Source of the DNA: Vogesella amnigena
GTDB taxonomy: Bacteria; Pseudomonadota; Gammaproteobacteria; Burkholderiales; Chromobacteriaceae
DNA: 64,000 nucleotides
NCBI RefSeq assembly: GCF_042648905.1
Contig: NZ_JBHRYH010000021.1
Coordinates: 107,657-171,656, forward strand
Reading direction: 5' to 3'
The position numbers and the translations under genes are program-made. This document shows positions 1 through 10,151 of the stretch, in pieces (position 1 is the first letter of the stretch; the number at the start of each line of letters is the position of its first letter). Under the pieces are notes generated by a model. That model saw only the letters and a list, made by a program, of their open reading frames with translations. It was not told the origin of the DNA and searched no databases.

Positions 1-1
1 C

Positions 2-232
2 GACCTGCACCACATCCATCAGGTAATCGTTCTCGACCACCGCGACTGCGGCGCCTACAAGGTGATTCTGGGCGAGGACTTCGGCAAGACGCCGGATGCG
101 GAGACGGCGGTACACGCCGAAACCCTGATGCAGTTGCGGCAACAGATTCTGGCTAAATACCCGCAGCTGCAGGTGCACACCTACCTGATGGCGCTGGACG
201 GCAGCGTGCAGCAGATCGTGCCGCGCAGCTGA
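2..232 (+). CDS. C-terminal fragment of a protein of unknown function; its 5' end lies outside the window. The motif VIVLDHRDCGAYK is faintly beta-carbonic-anhydrase-like (VIVxGHxxCG).
   Basis: Open frame from the window edge to a TGA at 230-232. High GC3 codon usage. Convergent with the hydrolase gene. Not in the ORF track because no start codon lies inside the window. Confidence 0.35.
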   Translation, partial: DLHHIHQVIVLDHRDCGAYKVILGEDFGKTPDAETAVHAETLMQLRQQILAKYPQLQVHTYLMALDGSVQQIVPRS

Positions 233-242
233 ACCCGTAAAA

Positions 243-1157
243 TCAGCGCGCGGTAACGCGGTTGAGCCAGGCCAGCAGATCGGCCTCGAATTCCGCGCGA
301 TTGGTTTCCTGATGCATTTCGTGGCGGCAGCCGCGATACACCGTTACCGTCACATCCTGCAGGCCGGCGCGGCGGTAGCGCGCGGCCAACTGCCCCAGGC
401 CGAACTTGCCCAGGCTCACCGGATCGCGGCTGCCGGCCTGCAGCCACACCGGGCAGTTCTTCGGCAAGGCCCGGCCGTCGGCCTCGCCGGCCTCCATGGC
501 GATAATGCCGCCGAACAGGTCCTGCCACAGCCGCGGGGTGGGAAACTGCCCGCACAGCGGGTCGGCAATGTAGGCATCCACCGCCGCCGGATCGCTGCTC
601 AACCAGTCCAGCCGGGTGCGTGCCGGCAGGAAACCCAGATTGAAACTGCCGAATACCAGCGCAGTCATGAACGGGCTGGGTCGATCCGCGCCGCCCAGCC
701 GCCCGGCCAGGCGGGCGACCTGGCGCATGACGCGCGCCAGCCACCGCTGGCGGTAGCCGGTGGCCGACAGCACCAGGCCATCCAGCCGCTGGCCGTACTG
801 CAGCAGGAAGCTGCGGGCGATGAAGCTGCCCATGCTGTGGCCGTACAGCACCAGCGGGCAGTCGTGCTGGCTGCGCGCGTGATCCACCACGCAGCGCACA
901 TCATCCACCACCAGGCTCCAGCCTGCCTGCGCCGCGAACCAGCCGGGCACCGGCGCGTAGCGGCCATGGCCGCGGTGGTCGTGTGCATACACCGCGTAAC
1001 CTGCTGCCGCGAGCTTGGCCGCCAGCGGCGCGTAGCGCGCCGCGTGCTCGCTCATGCCGTGGCTGATCACCACCACGCCACGCGGCGCGTCTACCGGTAG
1101 CCAGCACAGGCCATGAATGGGGGTGTCGTCGCTGGCTGCCAGCACGAATGTCTGCAT
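243..1157 (-). CDS. alpha/beta hydrolase (lysophospholipase / monoacylglycerol lipase-like)
   Basis: ORF 243..1265, trimmed to the internal ATG (MQTFVLAASDD). GHSMG nucleophile elbow, HG oxyanion motif, hydrolase_4-like architecture. Confidence 0.8.
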   Translation of the reverse strand: MQTFVLAASDDTPIHGLCWLPVDAPRGVVVISHGMSEHAARYAPLAAKLAAAGYAVYAHDHRGHGRYAPVPGWFAAQAGWSLVVDDVRCVVDHARSQHDCPLVLYGHSMGSFIARSFLLQYGQRLDGLVLSATGYRQRWLARVMRQVARLAGRLGGADRPSPFMTALVFGSFNLGFLPARTRLDWLSSDPAAVDAYIADPLCGQFPTPRLWQDLFGGIIAMEAGEADGRALPKNCPVWLQAGSRDPVSLGKFGLGQLAARYRRAGLQDVTVTVYRGCRHEMHQETNRAEFEADLLAWLNRVTAR

Positions 1158-1261
1158 CACGTATCCTGTCCACAAGAAAACAGCCATTGCGTAACAATGG
1201 CTGCATGATGGCTGCAGTTTGTCAGAATATGCCGCCGGAAAAAAGCCGTCGGCGGCACGCT

Positions 1262-1843
1262 TCAAGCCTGCAGCGGCTTGCTGTCGTAATCGGGGTTGAT
1301 GCGCGAGGTCAGCACGTGGTCGCGCCAGGCGCCATCCAGGAACAGGTAGTCCTTGGCATGGCCTTCAATGTGGAAGCCCAGGCGCTTGAGCAGCGCGGCG
1401 CTGCGCACATTGTGCGGCTGGTAGTTGGCCTGTACCCGGTGCAGGCGCAGATTGATGAAGGCGAACTGCACCACCGCCTCCAGCGCCTCGCGCATCAGGC
1501 CCTGACCTTCGCAGTCCTTGTCCAGGTTGTAGCCGACATGGCAGGCCTGGAACACGCCACGCACGATATTGCTGATGGTGATCATGCCGATCACCCGGCC
1601 CGGCTCCTTGTCGCGCATCAGCAGAAAGGTGGCGCCACGGCCTTCACGCCAGTCTTCTTCGCGCTGGCGCATGCGCATCGACCAGAAAAACTCGGAGAAG
1701 AACATGCCGCCCGGCGTAGGCTCCCACTGCGCAAAATGCTCGCGGTTGCGCTGCTGGTAATCCAGCACGGCGCGGGCCCACGCGGACTCGGCGGGCAGCA
1801 GTTGCAGACGGTCAGTGGACAAGGGGGGCTGCGATGTCGCCAT
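1262..1843 (-). CDS. GNAT N-acetyltransferase, RimJ/RimL family (ribosomal-protein N-acetyltransferase-like)
   Basis: 193 aa. Typical RimJ-like length and GNAT core (RVIGMITISNI...HVGY, QGLMREAL). Confidence 0.8.
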   Translation of the reverse strand: MATSQPPLSTDRLQLLPAESAWARAVLDYQQRNREHFAQWEPTPGGMFFSEFFWSMRMRQREEDWREGRGATFLLMRDKEPGRVIGMITISNIVRGVFQACHVGYNLDKDCEGQGLMREALEAVVQFAFINLRLHRVQANYQPHNVRSAALLKRLGFHIEGHAKDYLFLDGAWRDHVLTSRINPDYDSKPLQA

Positions 1844-2060
1844 CGATCACTCCGGGCTACGGCAGAAAGGCGCAAGTATGCCATCAAGCGGCCGTTCGCG
1901 GTTTGATTACGACAGCGCCACCGACGGCAGCCATGAAAAAACCCGTGCCAGCGGGCACGGGTTCAGGCTGCAGACATACAGCCCGCTTAAGCGTCACCGG
2001 ACCCGGCAAAGCCGGGGCGCCCCGGCCAAATCTTTGAATCGGCAGCCTTACCGTTTACAA

Positions 2061-2100
2061 AACAAAGTCCTTTTGCGAGGCAAAAGGACTTTGTTTGCAC
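2061..2100. terminator. Rho-independent terminator downstream of purC, flanked by T-tracts on both strands (bidirectional)
   Basis: 13-bp perfect stem caaagtccttttg / caaaaggactttg with loop cgagg, followed by T-rich runs. Confidence 0.6.
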
Positions 2101-2153
2101 AATCAACGGTGCCGGCGAGCACGGGTTCAGGCGATACGACCTTGCGGCCAACC

Positions 2154-3032
2154 TTAGTTGCCGGTCAGGCGCTCCAGCGCTTCGCGGTACTTGGCGGCGG
2201 TCTTCTCGCGCACGTCCAGCGGCACGGCCGGGGCCGGCGGCTGCTTGTTCCAGCAGGAAGCCTCCAGCCAGTCGCGCACGAACTGCTTGTCGAAGGACGG
2301 CGGGGTGCTGCCTTCGGCATAGCTGTCCGCCGGCCAGAAACGGCTGGAATCCGGGGTCAGCGCCTCGTCCATCAGCACCAGGGTGCCATCTTCGTCCAGA
2401 CCGAATTCGAACTTGGTATCGCAGATGATGATGCCGCGCTTGGCCGCGAACTCAGCCGCGGTCTGGTACAGCAGGATGGCGGTGTCGCGTACCTTGGCGG
2501 CCAGTTCGGCGCCAACGATGGCCTCGCACTGCGCGTAGGTGATGTTTTCGTCGTGATCGCCCACTGCCGCCTTGGTGGACGGGGTGAAGATCGGCTGCGG
2601 CAGCTTGCTGGATTCCTTCAGGCCGGCCGGCAGCTGGATGCCGCACACGGTGCCGGACTTCTGGTATTCCTTCCAGCCGGAACCGGCCAGGTAGCCACGT
2701 ACCACGGCTTCGATCATCACCGGCTTCAGGCGCTTGGCCACCACGCCACGACCGGCCACCAGCGGCAGGTCTTCCGCCGATACCACGTCTTCCGGCTTGT
2801 CACCGGTGAGGTGGTTGGGCACCACGTCCTTCAGGGTCTCGAACCAGAAGTTGGAGATGGCGGTGAGGATCTGGCCCTTGCCCGGAATCGGGTCGTCCAG
2901 GATCACGTCGAAGGCGGACAGGCGATCGCTGGCGATCATCAGCATGCGCTTGTCGTCGATCTCGTACAGGTCGCGTACTTTACCCGAGTAGATTTTCTTC
3001 AGGCTCTTGAGGGTGGTGTTGGAAGCGGTCAT
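2154..3032 (-). CDS. purC: phosphoribosylaminoimidazole-succinocarboxamide synthase (SAICAR synthetase, long form)
   Basis: Strong family signature ([25 protein letters not shown]). Start placed at the second ATG, 6 nt after GAAGGA; the track ORF begins at an upstream TTG. Confidence 0.9.
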   Translation of the reverse strand: MTASNTTLKSLKKIYSGKVRDLYEIDDKRMLMIASDRLSAFDVILDDPIPGKGQILTAISNFWFETLKDVVPNHLTGDKPEDVVSAEDLPLVAGRGVVAKRLKPVMIEAVVRGYLAGSGWKEYQKSGTVCGIQLPAGLKESSKLPQPIFTPSTKAAVGDHDENITYAQCEAIVGAELAAKVRDTAILLYQTAAEFAAKRGIIICDTKFEFGLDEDGTLVLMDEALTPDSSRFWPADSYAEGSTPPSFDKQFVRDWLEASCWNKQPPAPAVPLDVREKTAAKYREALERLTGN

Positions 3033-3042
3033 GGTCATTCCT

Positions 3043-3453
3043 TCAATCAAAAAACTGCATGTCCTGGTAGGGACGTATCCTGCATGCCGCCAGACGGCTG
3101 GTCAGCGAGCCGACGTGCAACTCCAGCTGGTGGCCATCCGGGTCGAGAAAGTAAAACGATTCACCTTCGCTGCGGTTATCACGCCAGCAAGGCACTCCGG
3201 CAGCCTGCAACCGGCCTACCCAGGCGGGAAACGCGGCAGCCTCCACGCCAAATGCGTAGTGGGTATAGCCAGCCCGTGGCGGCCCTTGCCAGTCATCCAG
3301 CGACAGGCACAGCCATAGCTCACCCAGCGTCAGGTAGCCACCGCCTGCCCAGCGTGCCGCCGGCCTGGCCTTCAGCACGCCACAGTAAAACTGCCAGGCT
3401 CGCTCCAGATCGCTTACCGCCAGCGTCAGGTGATTCAACCCTTGTAGCGTCAT
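3043..3453 (-). CDS. fosA: FosA-type fosfomycin-resistance glutathione transferase (VOC/glyoxalase fold)
   Basis: 136 aa. Near-colinear with FosA: [13 protein letters not shown] N-terminus, YTHYAF, [31 protein letters not shown]. Metal-ligand His/Glu positions conserved. Confidence 0.8.
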   Translation of the reverse strand: MTLQGLNHLTLAVSDLERAWQFYCGVLKARPAARWAGGGYLTLGELWLCLSLDDWQGPPRAGYTHYAFGVEAAAFPAWVGRLQAAGVPCWRDNRSEGESFYFLDPDGHQLELHVGSLTSRLAACRIRPYQDMQFFD

Positions 3454-3501
3454 GCGTCACTTCATGAAAAAGGCGCAGCCTTGTGAGCTGCGCCTGAATC
3501 C

Positions 3502-4635
3502 TTACAGGGTATCCTTCAGCGCGCGCGCCTGCTCCAGCGCGTCGTCCACGCCGGCCGCCAGCACGCAGTAGTGGCCCATCTTGCGGCCAACCCGTGCCTG
3601 CTTCTTGCCGTACAGGTGCAGCTGGGTGTTCGGCGCTTCCATCAGCACCGACCAGTTCGGCTCGCCGCCGTCCTCGCCCCAGACATCGCCCAGCAGGTTC
3701 ACCATCACGATGGGCGACAGCAGATCAGTCTTCCCCGGCAGCAGGCCGCACATGGCGCGTACCTGTTGCTGGTACTGATCGGTGGCACAGGCGTCGATGG
3801 TGTAGTGGCCGGAGTTGTGCGGACGCGGTGCGATCTCGTTCACCACCAGGCTGTCGTCGCCCAGCACGAAGAACTCCACCGCCAGCACGCCTACGTAGTC
3901 CAGCGCCTCGGCCAGCTGCATCGCGTACTGCTGCGCGCGTGCGGCCAACTCCGGAGCAATGCGCGCCGGCACGATGGACTCGTCGAGGATGCCATCCTTG
4001 TGGATGTTCTCGGCCACCGGGAACACCGCTACCTGGGCAGTGCTGACGCGGGTAACAATGGCGGACACTTCCAGCTTCAGGTCCAGCATCTTTTCCAGCA
4101 CGCAGGCCTGGCCGCCCAGGCTGGCGAAAGCCTCGCGTGCCTCGTCGGCGGTTTTCACCCGCACCTGGCCCTTGCCGTCGTAGCCCAGCCGCGCGGTCTT
4201 GAGGATGCCCGGCAGGTAGTCGGCCAGATCGCCGGCCAGGTCGGCGGCCTGTTCCAGCGCCAGGTAGGGCGCAGTCGGCAGCCCGGCCTTGCGCACCCAG
4301 CTTTTCTCGGCGATACGATCCTGGGCGATGGCCACGCAATCGCCGGACGGCGACACGCGAGTGGTCTTGGCCAGCTGCCGCATGGCGTCGGCGTTGACGT
4401 TTTCGAATTCGGTGGTAACCGCGGCGCAGCTGTCGGCCAGGGTCTTCAGCGCGGCGGCGTCATCGAACGGCGCGCACAGGTGCACATCGGCGAATTCGGC
4501 TGCCGGAGCGTTGGCATCCGGGTCCAGCACGGTGACACGGTAGCCCATGCGCTTGGCGGCGGTAACGAACATGCGGCCCAGCTGGCCACCGCCGAGGATG
4601 CCCAGCATCGCGGGCGGCAGGATGGCGCGCATCAT
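3502..4635 (-). CDS. purK: N5-carboxyaminoimidazole ribonucleotide synthase
   Basis: ATP-grasp PurK signature ([12 protein letters not shown]). The start ATGA overlaps the purE stop. Confidence 0.9.
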   Translation of the reverse strand: MMRAILPPAMLGILGGGQLGRMFVTAAKRMGYRVTVLDPDANAPAAEFADVHLCAPFDDAAALKTLADSCAAVTTEFENVNADAMRQLAKTTRVSPSGDCVAIAQDRIAEKSWVRKAGLPTAPYLALEQAADLAGDLADYLPGILKTARLGYDGKGQVRVKTADEAREAFASLGGQACVLEKMLDLKLEVSAIVTRVSTAQVAVFPVAENIHKDGILDESIVPARIAPELAARAQQYAMQLAEALDYVGVLAVEFFVLGDDSLVVNEIAPRPHNSGHYTIDACATDQYQQQVRAMCGLLPGKTDLLSPIVMVNLLGDVWGEDGGEPNWSVLMEAPNTQLHLYGKKQARVGRKMGHYCVLAAGVDDALEQARALKDTL

Positions 4636-5120
4636 TCCACCTCCGGCAGCGTCATCGCCAGCACGGTGTCTTCCTGCTTCTTGCGGAAGGCCTTGAGCTT
4701 GTCCGCCAGCTGCGGGTTGCCGTTTGCCAGCATCGCCACCGCGAACAGTGCCGCGTTGGCCGCACCGGCTTCGCCAATGGCGAAGGTGGCCACCGGAATG
4801 CCCTTGGGCATCTGCACGATGGACAGCAGCGAGTCTTCGCCGCGCAGGTACTTGGACGGCACCGGCACGCCCAGTACCGGGATGTGGGTCTTGGCTGCCA
4901 GCATGCCCGGCAGGTGGGCGGCGCCGCCGGCGCCGGCGATGATGGCCTTCAGGCCACGCGCTTCCGCCTGTTCGGCGTACTGGAACAGCAGGTCAGGAGT
5001 GCGGTGGGCGGAAACGACGCGGGTTTCAAAGGCGATACCGAAGTCCTTCAGCACGCGCGCGGCGTTCTGCATGACTTCCCAATCGCTGTTGCTACCCATC
5101 ACGATGCCAACTTCGATCAT
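4632..5120 (-). CDS. purE: N5-carboxyaminoimidazole ribonucleotide mutase
   Basis: 162 aa. [11 protein letters not shown] ... [10 protein letters not shown] PurE motifs. Confidence 0.9.
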   Translation of the reverse strand: MIEVGIVMGSNSDWEVMQNAARVLKDFGIAFETRVVSAHRTPDLLFQYAEQAEARGLKAIIAGAGGAAHLPGMLAAKTHIPVLGVPVPSKYLRGEDSLLSIVQMPKGIPVATFAIGEAGAANAALFAVAMLANGNPQLADKLKAFRKKQEDTVLAMTLPEVE

Positions 5121-5288
5121 GGAGGCGAGTCCCGTCTAAGGAGAGAAAAAACGGGATTTTACCTGATTCGGCAAGGGCTTGCCCGCCGGATGTAGCCGCG
5201 CTGGCGATAAAACCGGCACCCGGCTGCCGCCATGCTGGCAGCCGGGCTTGACCGCATACGCTGCGGCCAGGGCGGTAGAGCAACAGGC

Positions 5289-6038
5289 TTACAGCGTGGC
5301 CAGCCGCTGCTTGGCCTTCTGCGCGGCGGCGCTGCCCGGGTACAGCTTGATCAGGCGTTGCAGGGAGGCACGCGCCTGGTCTTTCTGCTGCAACGCCAGC
5401 TGGTTGTCGGCCATCAGCCGCAGTGCATCGGCGGCATGGGCATTGCGCGGATATTGCTCGGCAAAGCGGCGCTGGATATCGATGGCGGCGTCGTATTGCT
5501 TCAGCGCGGTGTGCGCCACGCCCAGCCAGTAGTTGGCCTCCACCGCCTGCGTCGAGCCTGGGTAGCGGTCCATCACCGCCTTGAGCTGCGGCACTGCCTG
5601 GGCAAAGTCACGCTTGCGCAGGGTATCCAGCGCCCCGGCCAGCGCAGCCTCCACCGGGGCCGGAGCGGCAAGCGCCGGCGCCTCGCCCTGGGCGGCGCTG
5701 GCGTCGCCTTGCGGCCGCTCCAGCTTGCCCAGGCGCAGATCCAGATCGGCATACAGGTCGTTCTGCCGCTTCTGCGTTTCCGCCAGCTGATGCTGCAGCA
5801 CTTCGTTCTGGCCGCGCAGGCTGGCCATTTCGCTCTGCATCTGCCCCACCTGGTTCACCAGGTCCAGCAGGCGCTGGTTGGCCAGCTTGGCTTCCACGTC
5901 GGACAGCCGTGCACTGGCTTGCTGCGCATTGCTGCTCAGCTGGTTCTGCAGCTGCTGACGGGTGGCTTCCAGATCGCTGGAGGTGGCACAGGCGCCCAGC
6001 AGTACGGGCAACAACAGCATCGACAGTCGGTTTTGCAT
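5289..6038 (-). CDS. cpoB: Tol-Pal system protein CpoB/YbgF (coiled-coil + TPR-like)
   Basis: Signal peptide, Q-rich coiled coil and C-terminal TPR-like region. Positioned immediately after pal. Confidence 0.85.
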   Translation of the reverse strand: MQNRLSMLLLPVLLGACATSSDLEATRQQLQNQLSSNAQQASARLSDVEAKLANQRLLDLVNQVGQMQSEMASLRGQNEVLQHQLAETQKRQNDLYADLDLRLGKLERPQGDASAAQGEAPALAAPAPVEAALAGALDTLRKRDFAQAVPQLKAVMDRYPGSTQAVEANYWLGVAHTALKQYDAAIDIQRRFAEQYPRNAHAADALRLMADNQLALQQKDQARASLQRLIKLYPGSAAAQKAKQRLATL

Positions 6039-6117
6039 GGTGGAATCGCCAATCGCTTCAATGAAAAATCCGGGACAGCGTGCCGCGATCCCGGATGGTG
6101 GTCAAGCCGTCAGCGCC

Positions 6118-6642
6118 TTATTGGTACAGGAAGTCGGCGCGGCGGTTCTCGGCGTAATCCTGCTCGCTGGTGCCCTGTGCACGCGGCTTTTCCTTGCCCA
6201 GGCTTACCGCCTCGACCTGCTCCGGCTTCACGCCCAGCACTTCCAGCGCCTGCTTCACGCTTTCGGCACGGCGCTGGCCCAGCGCCAGGTTGTACTCGCG
6301 GCTGCCACGGGCATCGGTATTACCCTGGATCAGCACATTGGTCTTGTACTTGCCCAGGTAGCTGGCGTGCGCCTGCACGGTGGCACGGTCGGCATCGCGA
6401 ATCGTGGACTGGTCGAAGTCGAAGTACACGCTCTTGCCATTCACGCCGGCAAAGGCAGCGGCCTCGGCGGCACGGGCATCCACTTCCGGCAGCTGCTGCG
6501 CCGGCTTCAGATCGCCGCTGTTGCCGGTGGTGTTGCCGGCAGTCACCGGTGCGGTGGCCGCGGTATCGCCGGCCGACGGGGTACTGGCGCAGGCGCTGAG
6601 CAGCACGACACTGGCAGCGACAATAAACGGGGCGACTTTCAT
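6118..6642 (-). CDS. pal: peptidoglycan-associated lipoprotein Pal (OmpA-like)
   Basis: Lipobox LLSAC. OmpA C-terminal domain (NTDARGSREYNLALGQRRA). Start placed at the ATG 7 nt after AAGGAG; the track ORF begins at an upstream TTG. Confidence 0.9.
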   Translation of the reverse strand: MKVAPFIVAASVVLLSACASTPSAGDTAATAPVTAGNTTGNSGDLKPAQQLPEVDARAAEAAAFAGVNGKSVYFDFDQSTIRDADRATVQAHASYLGKYKTNVLIQGNTDARGSREYNLALGQRRAESVKQALEVLGVKPEQVEAVSLGKEKPRAQGTSEQDYAENRRADFLYQ

Positions 6643-6745
6643 GCGCTTCTCCTTCAATTCGATTCGGTTAGACGGCTAGGACAAGATAAAAAATTTTGCA
6701 CAAAATAAAGACCGGCAGCGACAAGGTTTGGTTCAAGCCGCCGCA

Positions 6746-8014
6746 TCAGGGGTTGAACGGCCCCCAGGCAGCATCCTGCACCTCGCCCTGGATCACCCCC
6801 AGGCGCACCCGCCCCGGGTGCTGGATGGAGGCGGCAAACAGTACGCTGCGCCCGCCCTGGTCACTGGCATACAGCACCATCTTGCCGTTGGGAGCAAAGC
6901 TCGGTGATTCATCATAGGCACTGTTGCTGAGCTGACGGCTGTCGCCACTGGCCAGCTCGTGCAGCATCACCTTGAAACGGCCGCCTTCGCGCTGCACGTA
7001 CACCAGCTGGCGGCCATCCGGCGAGAACGACGGCGACACGTTGTACGCACCCTGGAAGGTAATGCGCCGCGCGTTGCGGCTGCCATCCAGCTGCTGCACA
7101 TACAGCTGCGGGCTGCCGCTGCGGTCGGAAACAAAGGCGATGCTGCGGCCATCCGGGCTCCATACCGGCTCGGTATCGATGGCATTGCTGTAGCTGAAGC
7201 GCTGCAGGCCGCTGCCATCGGCATTGATCAGGTAGATCTGCGAATTGCCGGACAGGGTGAGCACCACCGCCAGGCGGCGGCCATCCGGGCTCCAGGCCGG
7301 TGCGGAGTTGCTGCCCTTGTAGTTGGCCAGCACCCGGCGCTGGCCGGTGGACAGGTCCTGCAGGTAGACAATGGGTTTCTTGTTTTCGAACGATACGTAG
7401 GCCAGGCGGGTGCCATCGCGGTTCCACGCCGGCGAGATGATGGGTTCGCCGGAGCGCAGCACGGTCTGCGCGCGGCGGCCGTCCACGTCGGCCACCTGCA
7501 GTCGCCATTCCTTGCCTGCCTGCAGCACGAAGGCAATGCGGCTGGCGAACAGGCTTTTCTCGCCCAGCAGCGCCTCGTACACCATGTCAGCCATGCGGTG
7601 CGCCACATCGCGCAGCTGCGACGGGTGCACATCGAATTCCATCGCCAGCTTCTGCTCACGCGGCGTCAGGGTATCGGCCCAGAAGGTGACGCGCAGCATG
7701 CCGCCATCCAGCTTGCCCACCCGGCCGTAGACCATGGCGCGCGCGCCCTGCTGCTGCCAGTAGCCGGGCTCCAGCGTGGCGCCGGCGGGGACTTCCAGCA
7801 GGTTGAACAGCCCGGTCATCGCCAGATCGCTCTTCACCGTGCTGGTAACCGGATCCGGCAGCCATTCTTCATTGGCCAGCGGCAGTACCGCCAGCGGGTA
7901 GCGGTTGGCGCCACCACCAACGATATCCACCGTCAGATCGGCGCGAGCCAGCGGTGCGGCCAACAACAGGCAGCACAGCAGTAGCCGCTGCACGAGAACA
8001 AAGAGGTTTTGCAA
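6746..8014 (-). CDS. tolB: Tol-Pal system beta-propeller protein TolB
   Basis: 422 aa. Signal peptide, then TolB N-domain, then repeated SPDG/PAWSPDG propeller blades. TTG start 6 nt after AAGGAG, coupled to the tolA stop. Confidence 0.9.
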   Translation of the reverse strand: MQNLFVLVQRLLLCCLLLAAPLARADLTVDIVGGGANRYPLAVLPLANEEWLPDPVTSTVKSDLAMTGLFNLLEVPAGATLEPGYWQQQGARAMVYGRVGKLDGGMLRVTFWADTLTPREQKLAMEFDVHPSQLRDVAHRMADMVYEALLGEKSLFASRIAFVLQAGKEWRLQVADVDGRRAQTVLRSGEPIISPAWNRDGTRLAYVSFENKKPIVYLQDLSTGQRRVLANYKGSNSAPAWSPDGRRLAVVLTLSGNSQIYLINADGSGLQRFSYSNAIDTEPVWSPDGRSIAFVSDRSGSPQLYVQQLDGSRNARRITFQGAYNVSPSFSPDGRQLVYVQREGGRFKVMLHELASGDSRQLSNSAYDESPSFAPNGKMVLYASDQGGRSVLFAASIQHPGRVRLGVIQGEVQDAAWGPFNP

Positions 8015-8017
8015 GGC

Positions 8018-8851
8018 TTACTCCTTGGGTCGGAAGTTCAGGGTAATGCGGCGGAAGTCGGCAAACTCCGCGCCCTTGGGCAAGGCCGGGAAGCGGCGCG
8101 CTTCGCGCAATGCCGTCAGCACCGCCTGGTCGTAGCCGCTGTTGCCGCTGCTGCGCAGCAGCCGGCTGCTGCGGATTTCCATGGTGGGCAGGATTTCCAC
8201 CTCCACCACCGCCTGCGGGTTGCCGCTGATGCCATCCGGCACCATCACATACGGGCGGATGCGGTTGCGCACCGCCTCGATATACTGCGCGCGCAGATCG
8301 GCCACACCGGTCACGCTTCCCCCCTGCACACCCTGCTTGCCGCCAGCCTGCGTCACCTTGCCCTTGCCGGGGCCCGGTGGCAGCTCGTCCAGCCCGGCCA
8401 GCAGGTCATCGGTTTGCGGCGGCGCGCTCTTGCTCGGCTTGGTCGCTTTGGGGCTGGCTGGCGCTGGCTGCGGTTTGGCCTGTTCGGCAGGTGGTGCTTT
8501 CTTTACCGCCTTGGCCGGCTCTACCAACTGTGGCTGCGGCTTGGGCTGAGGCTTGCCGCCCTTGAGGGTGATGTCGGCCGCCGGCAATTGCGGCACCTGG
8601 GGTGGCGCGACTGCCGGAGCAGCCGGCGGTTGCGGCTTGCTGGTAGCTGCCGGCGCAGCCACAGGCTTGGGATTCGTAGCTGGCACCGGCTTGGCGATAC
8701 TGCCACCGCCAGCCCACAGCTCCACCGCCAGTGGCGGCGGCGTCTGTAGCACCGCCGGTGCCGCCGACCACCACAGCACGGCCAGCAGGCCAGCGTGCAG
8801 CAGCAGCGACAGCAGCCAGGCAGCCTTGCCGGGTTCGCGTGCGGCCAGCAT
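8018..8851 (-). CDS. tolA: Tol-Pal system protein TolA (N-terminal TM, Pro/Ala/Lys-rich helical domain, C-terminal TolA domain)
   Basis: Low-complexity AP/KP-rich central region and a conserved C-terminal domain. The start ATGA overlaps the tolR stop. Confidence 0.8.
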   Translation of the reverse strand: MLAAREPGKAAWLLSLLLHAGLLAVLWWSAAPAVLQTPPPLAVELWAGGGSIAKPVPATNPKPVAAPAATSKPQPPAAPAVAPPQVPQLPAADITLKGGKPQPKPQPQLVEPAKAVKKAPPAEQAKPQPAPASPKATKPSKSAPPQTDDLLAGLDELPPGPGKGKVTQAGGKQGVQGGSVTGVADLRAQYIEAVRNRIRPYVMVPDGISGNPQAVVEVEILPTMEIRSSRLLRSSGNSGYDQAVLTALREARRFPALPKGAEFADFRRITLNFRPKE

Positions 8852-9258
8852 CAGTTCCCCTGCTGGCGCACGGTCAGCGCCACGCGCTGGATGCCGGCCT
8901 CGTGCAGCCGGTCGGCCACCGCCACCACCGCGCTGTATTTCAGGTCGCGGTGGGCGGTTACCACCACCGGACGGTTATCCTTCACCCGTGCCTGTACGTC
9001 GGCGATCAGCGCGTCCAGATCCGCCATCGGCTGGCGCTTGCCGCCTTCGCCGACAAAATAGCGGCCATCGGCCTCGATGCTGATTTCCAGCGGCGTGGTA
9101 TCCACCTGTGCCGCGCGGGTCACGCTGGGCACGTCGATGACGCCGGGGGTGAACATCGGCGCGGTCACCATGAAGATCACCAGCAGCACCAGCATCACGT
9201 CGATATACGGCACCACGTTCATCTGGTTCATCATGCGGCGGGGACGGCGTTGCAACAT
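8851..9258 (-). CDS. tolR: TolR / ExbD-family biopolymer transport protein
   Basis: NVVPYIDVMLVLLVIFMVTAP signature. GGAG RBS 9 nt before the chosen ATG (MLQRRPRR...). Sits directly upstream of tolA. No TolQ/ExbB partner is adjacent. Confidence 0.8.
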   Translation of the reverse strand: MLQRRPRRMMNQMNVVPYIDVMLVLLVIFMVTAPMFTPGVIDVPSVTRAAQVDTTPLEISIEADGRYFVGEGGKRQPMADLDALIADVQARVKDNRPVVVTAHRDLKYSAVVAVADRLHEAGIQRVALTVRQQGN

Positions 9259-9373
9259 CGGGTGTTTCTCCGGGTGGCGGAAGCAGGATGTTAGCATCTG
9301 CACCCGCGCAATGGTTTCAGCTTTCTAACGACCGGCCCGCGCCGGCTAGGTTCCTGGCTGGCGGGGCAATGTC

Positions 9374-10039
9374 CTAGCGGCGACGCAGCAAGGTCATGCC
9401 GTCGCCCATCGGCAGGATGCACTGGTCGACGCGGGCATCGTGCTTCAGGCCGGCATTGAAGGCACGCAGTATCTCCACGCTGCGCGGGTGCCCCGGCTGC
9501 GGGTCCACCACGCGGCCATTGAGCAGAATATTGTCGATGGCAATCACCCCGCCGGGGCGCACCAGTTGCAGACAGGCCTCGTAGTAGTCGGGGTAGCTCT
9601 GCTTGTCGGCATCGATGAAGGCCAGGTCGAAACTGCCGGCGGCGCCATCGGCCAGCAACTGGTGCAATGTCAGCAGGCCGGGCTGCAGATACAGCGCGAT
9701 GCGATCGGCCACGCCGGCGCGTCGCCAGTAATCCATGGCGATGCTGGTGAACTCCACGCTCATGTCGCAGGCCACCGTGCGGCCAGCCTCGCCCATGGCC
9801 AGCGCCACCGTCAGCGCGCTATAGCCGGTAAAGGTGCCGATCTCCAGGTAGCGGCGTACACCCAGCAACTGCACCAGCCAGCCCAGGAACTGCCCCTGCT
9901 CGGGAGCGATCTGCATCTTGGCCATGCGGTGGCCGGCGGTGAATTCGCGCAGCTCGCGCTGCACCGGGTGCTCGTTAACACCGATATCGAACAGGTACTC
10001 GGCCACCTGCGGGCCGAAGGTCATGGTGTGTCGTGTCAT
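9374..10039 (-). CDS. class I SAM-dependent O-methyltransferase (caffeoyl-CoA OMT-like)
   Basis: LEIGTFTGYSAL ... DLAFIDADK ... GGVIAIDN motifs. Confidence 0.85.
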   Translation of the reverse strand: MTRHTMTFGPQVAEYLFDIGVNEHPVQRELREFTAGHRMAKMQIAPEQGQFLGWLVQLLGVRRYLEIGTFTGYSALTVALAMGEAGRTVACDMSVEFTSIAMDYWRRAGVADRIALYLQPGLLTLHQLLADGAAGSFDLAFIDADKQSYPDYYEACLQLVRPGGVIAIDNILLNGRVVDPQPGHPRSVEILRAFNAGLKHDARVDQCILPMGDGMTLLRRR

Positions 10040-10151
10040 GAACAGGCTCGGAAATCAAAATGCCGCAGTCACAACAAAGCCCTTGCGTGGCGGCAAGGGC
10101 TTTGGTTACCGGCGGCCCCGCACGCGTGGCGGGGCTGCTGCAATGCCGGCC

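Noticed and set aside
9258-9374. A hidden tolQ in the 70-nt gap, or on the opposite strand upstream of tolR
   Set aside because: The gap is too short. The flanking ORF is unambiguously an O-methyltransferase with complete SAM-binding motifs. No TolQ/ExbB-like three-TM protein is encoded anywhere in the window.
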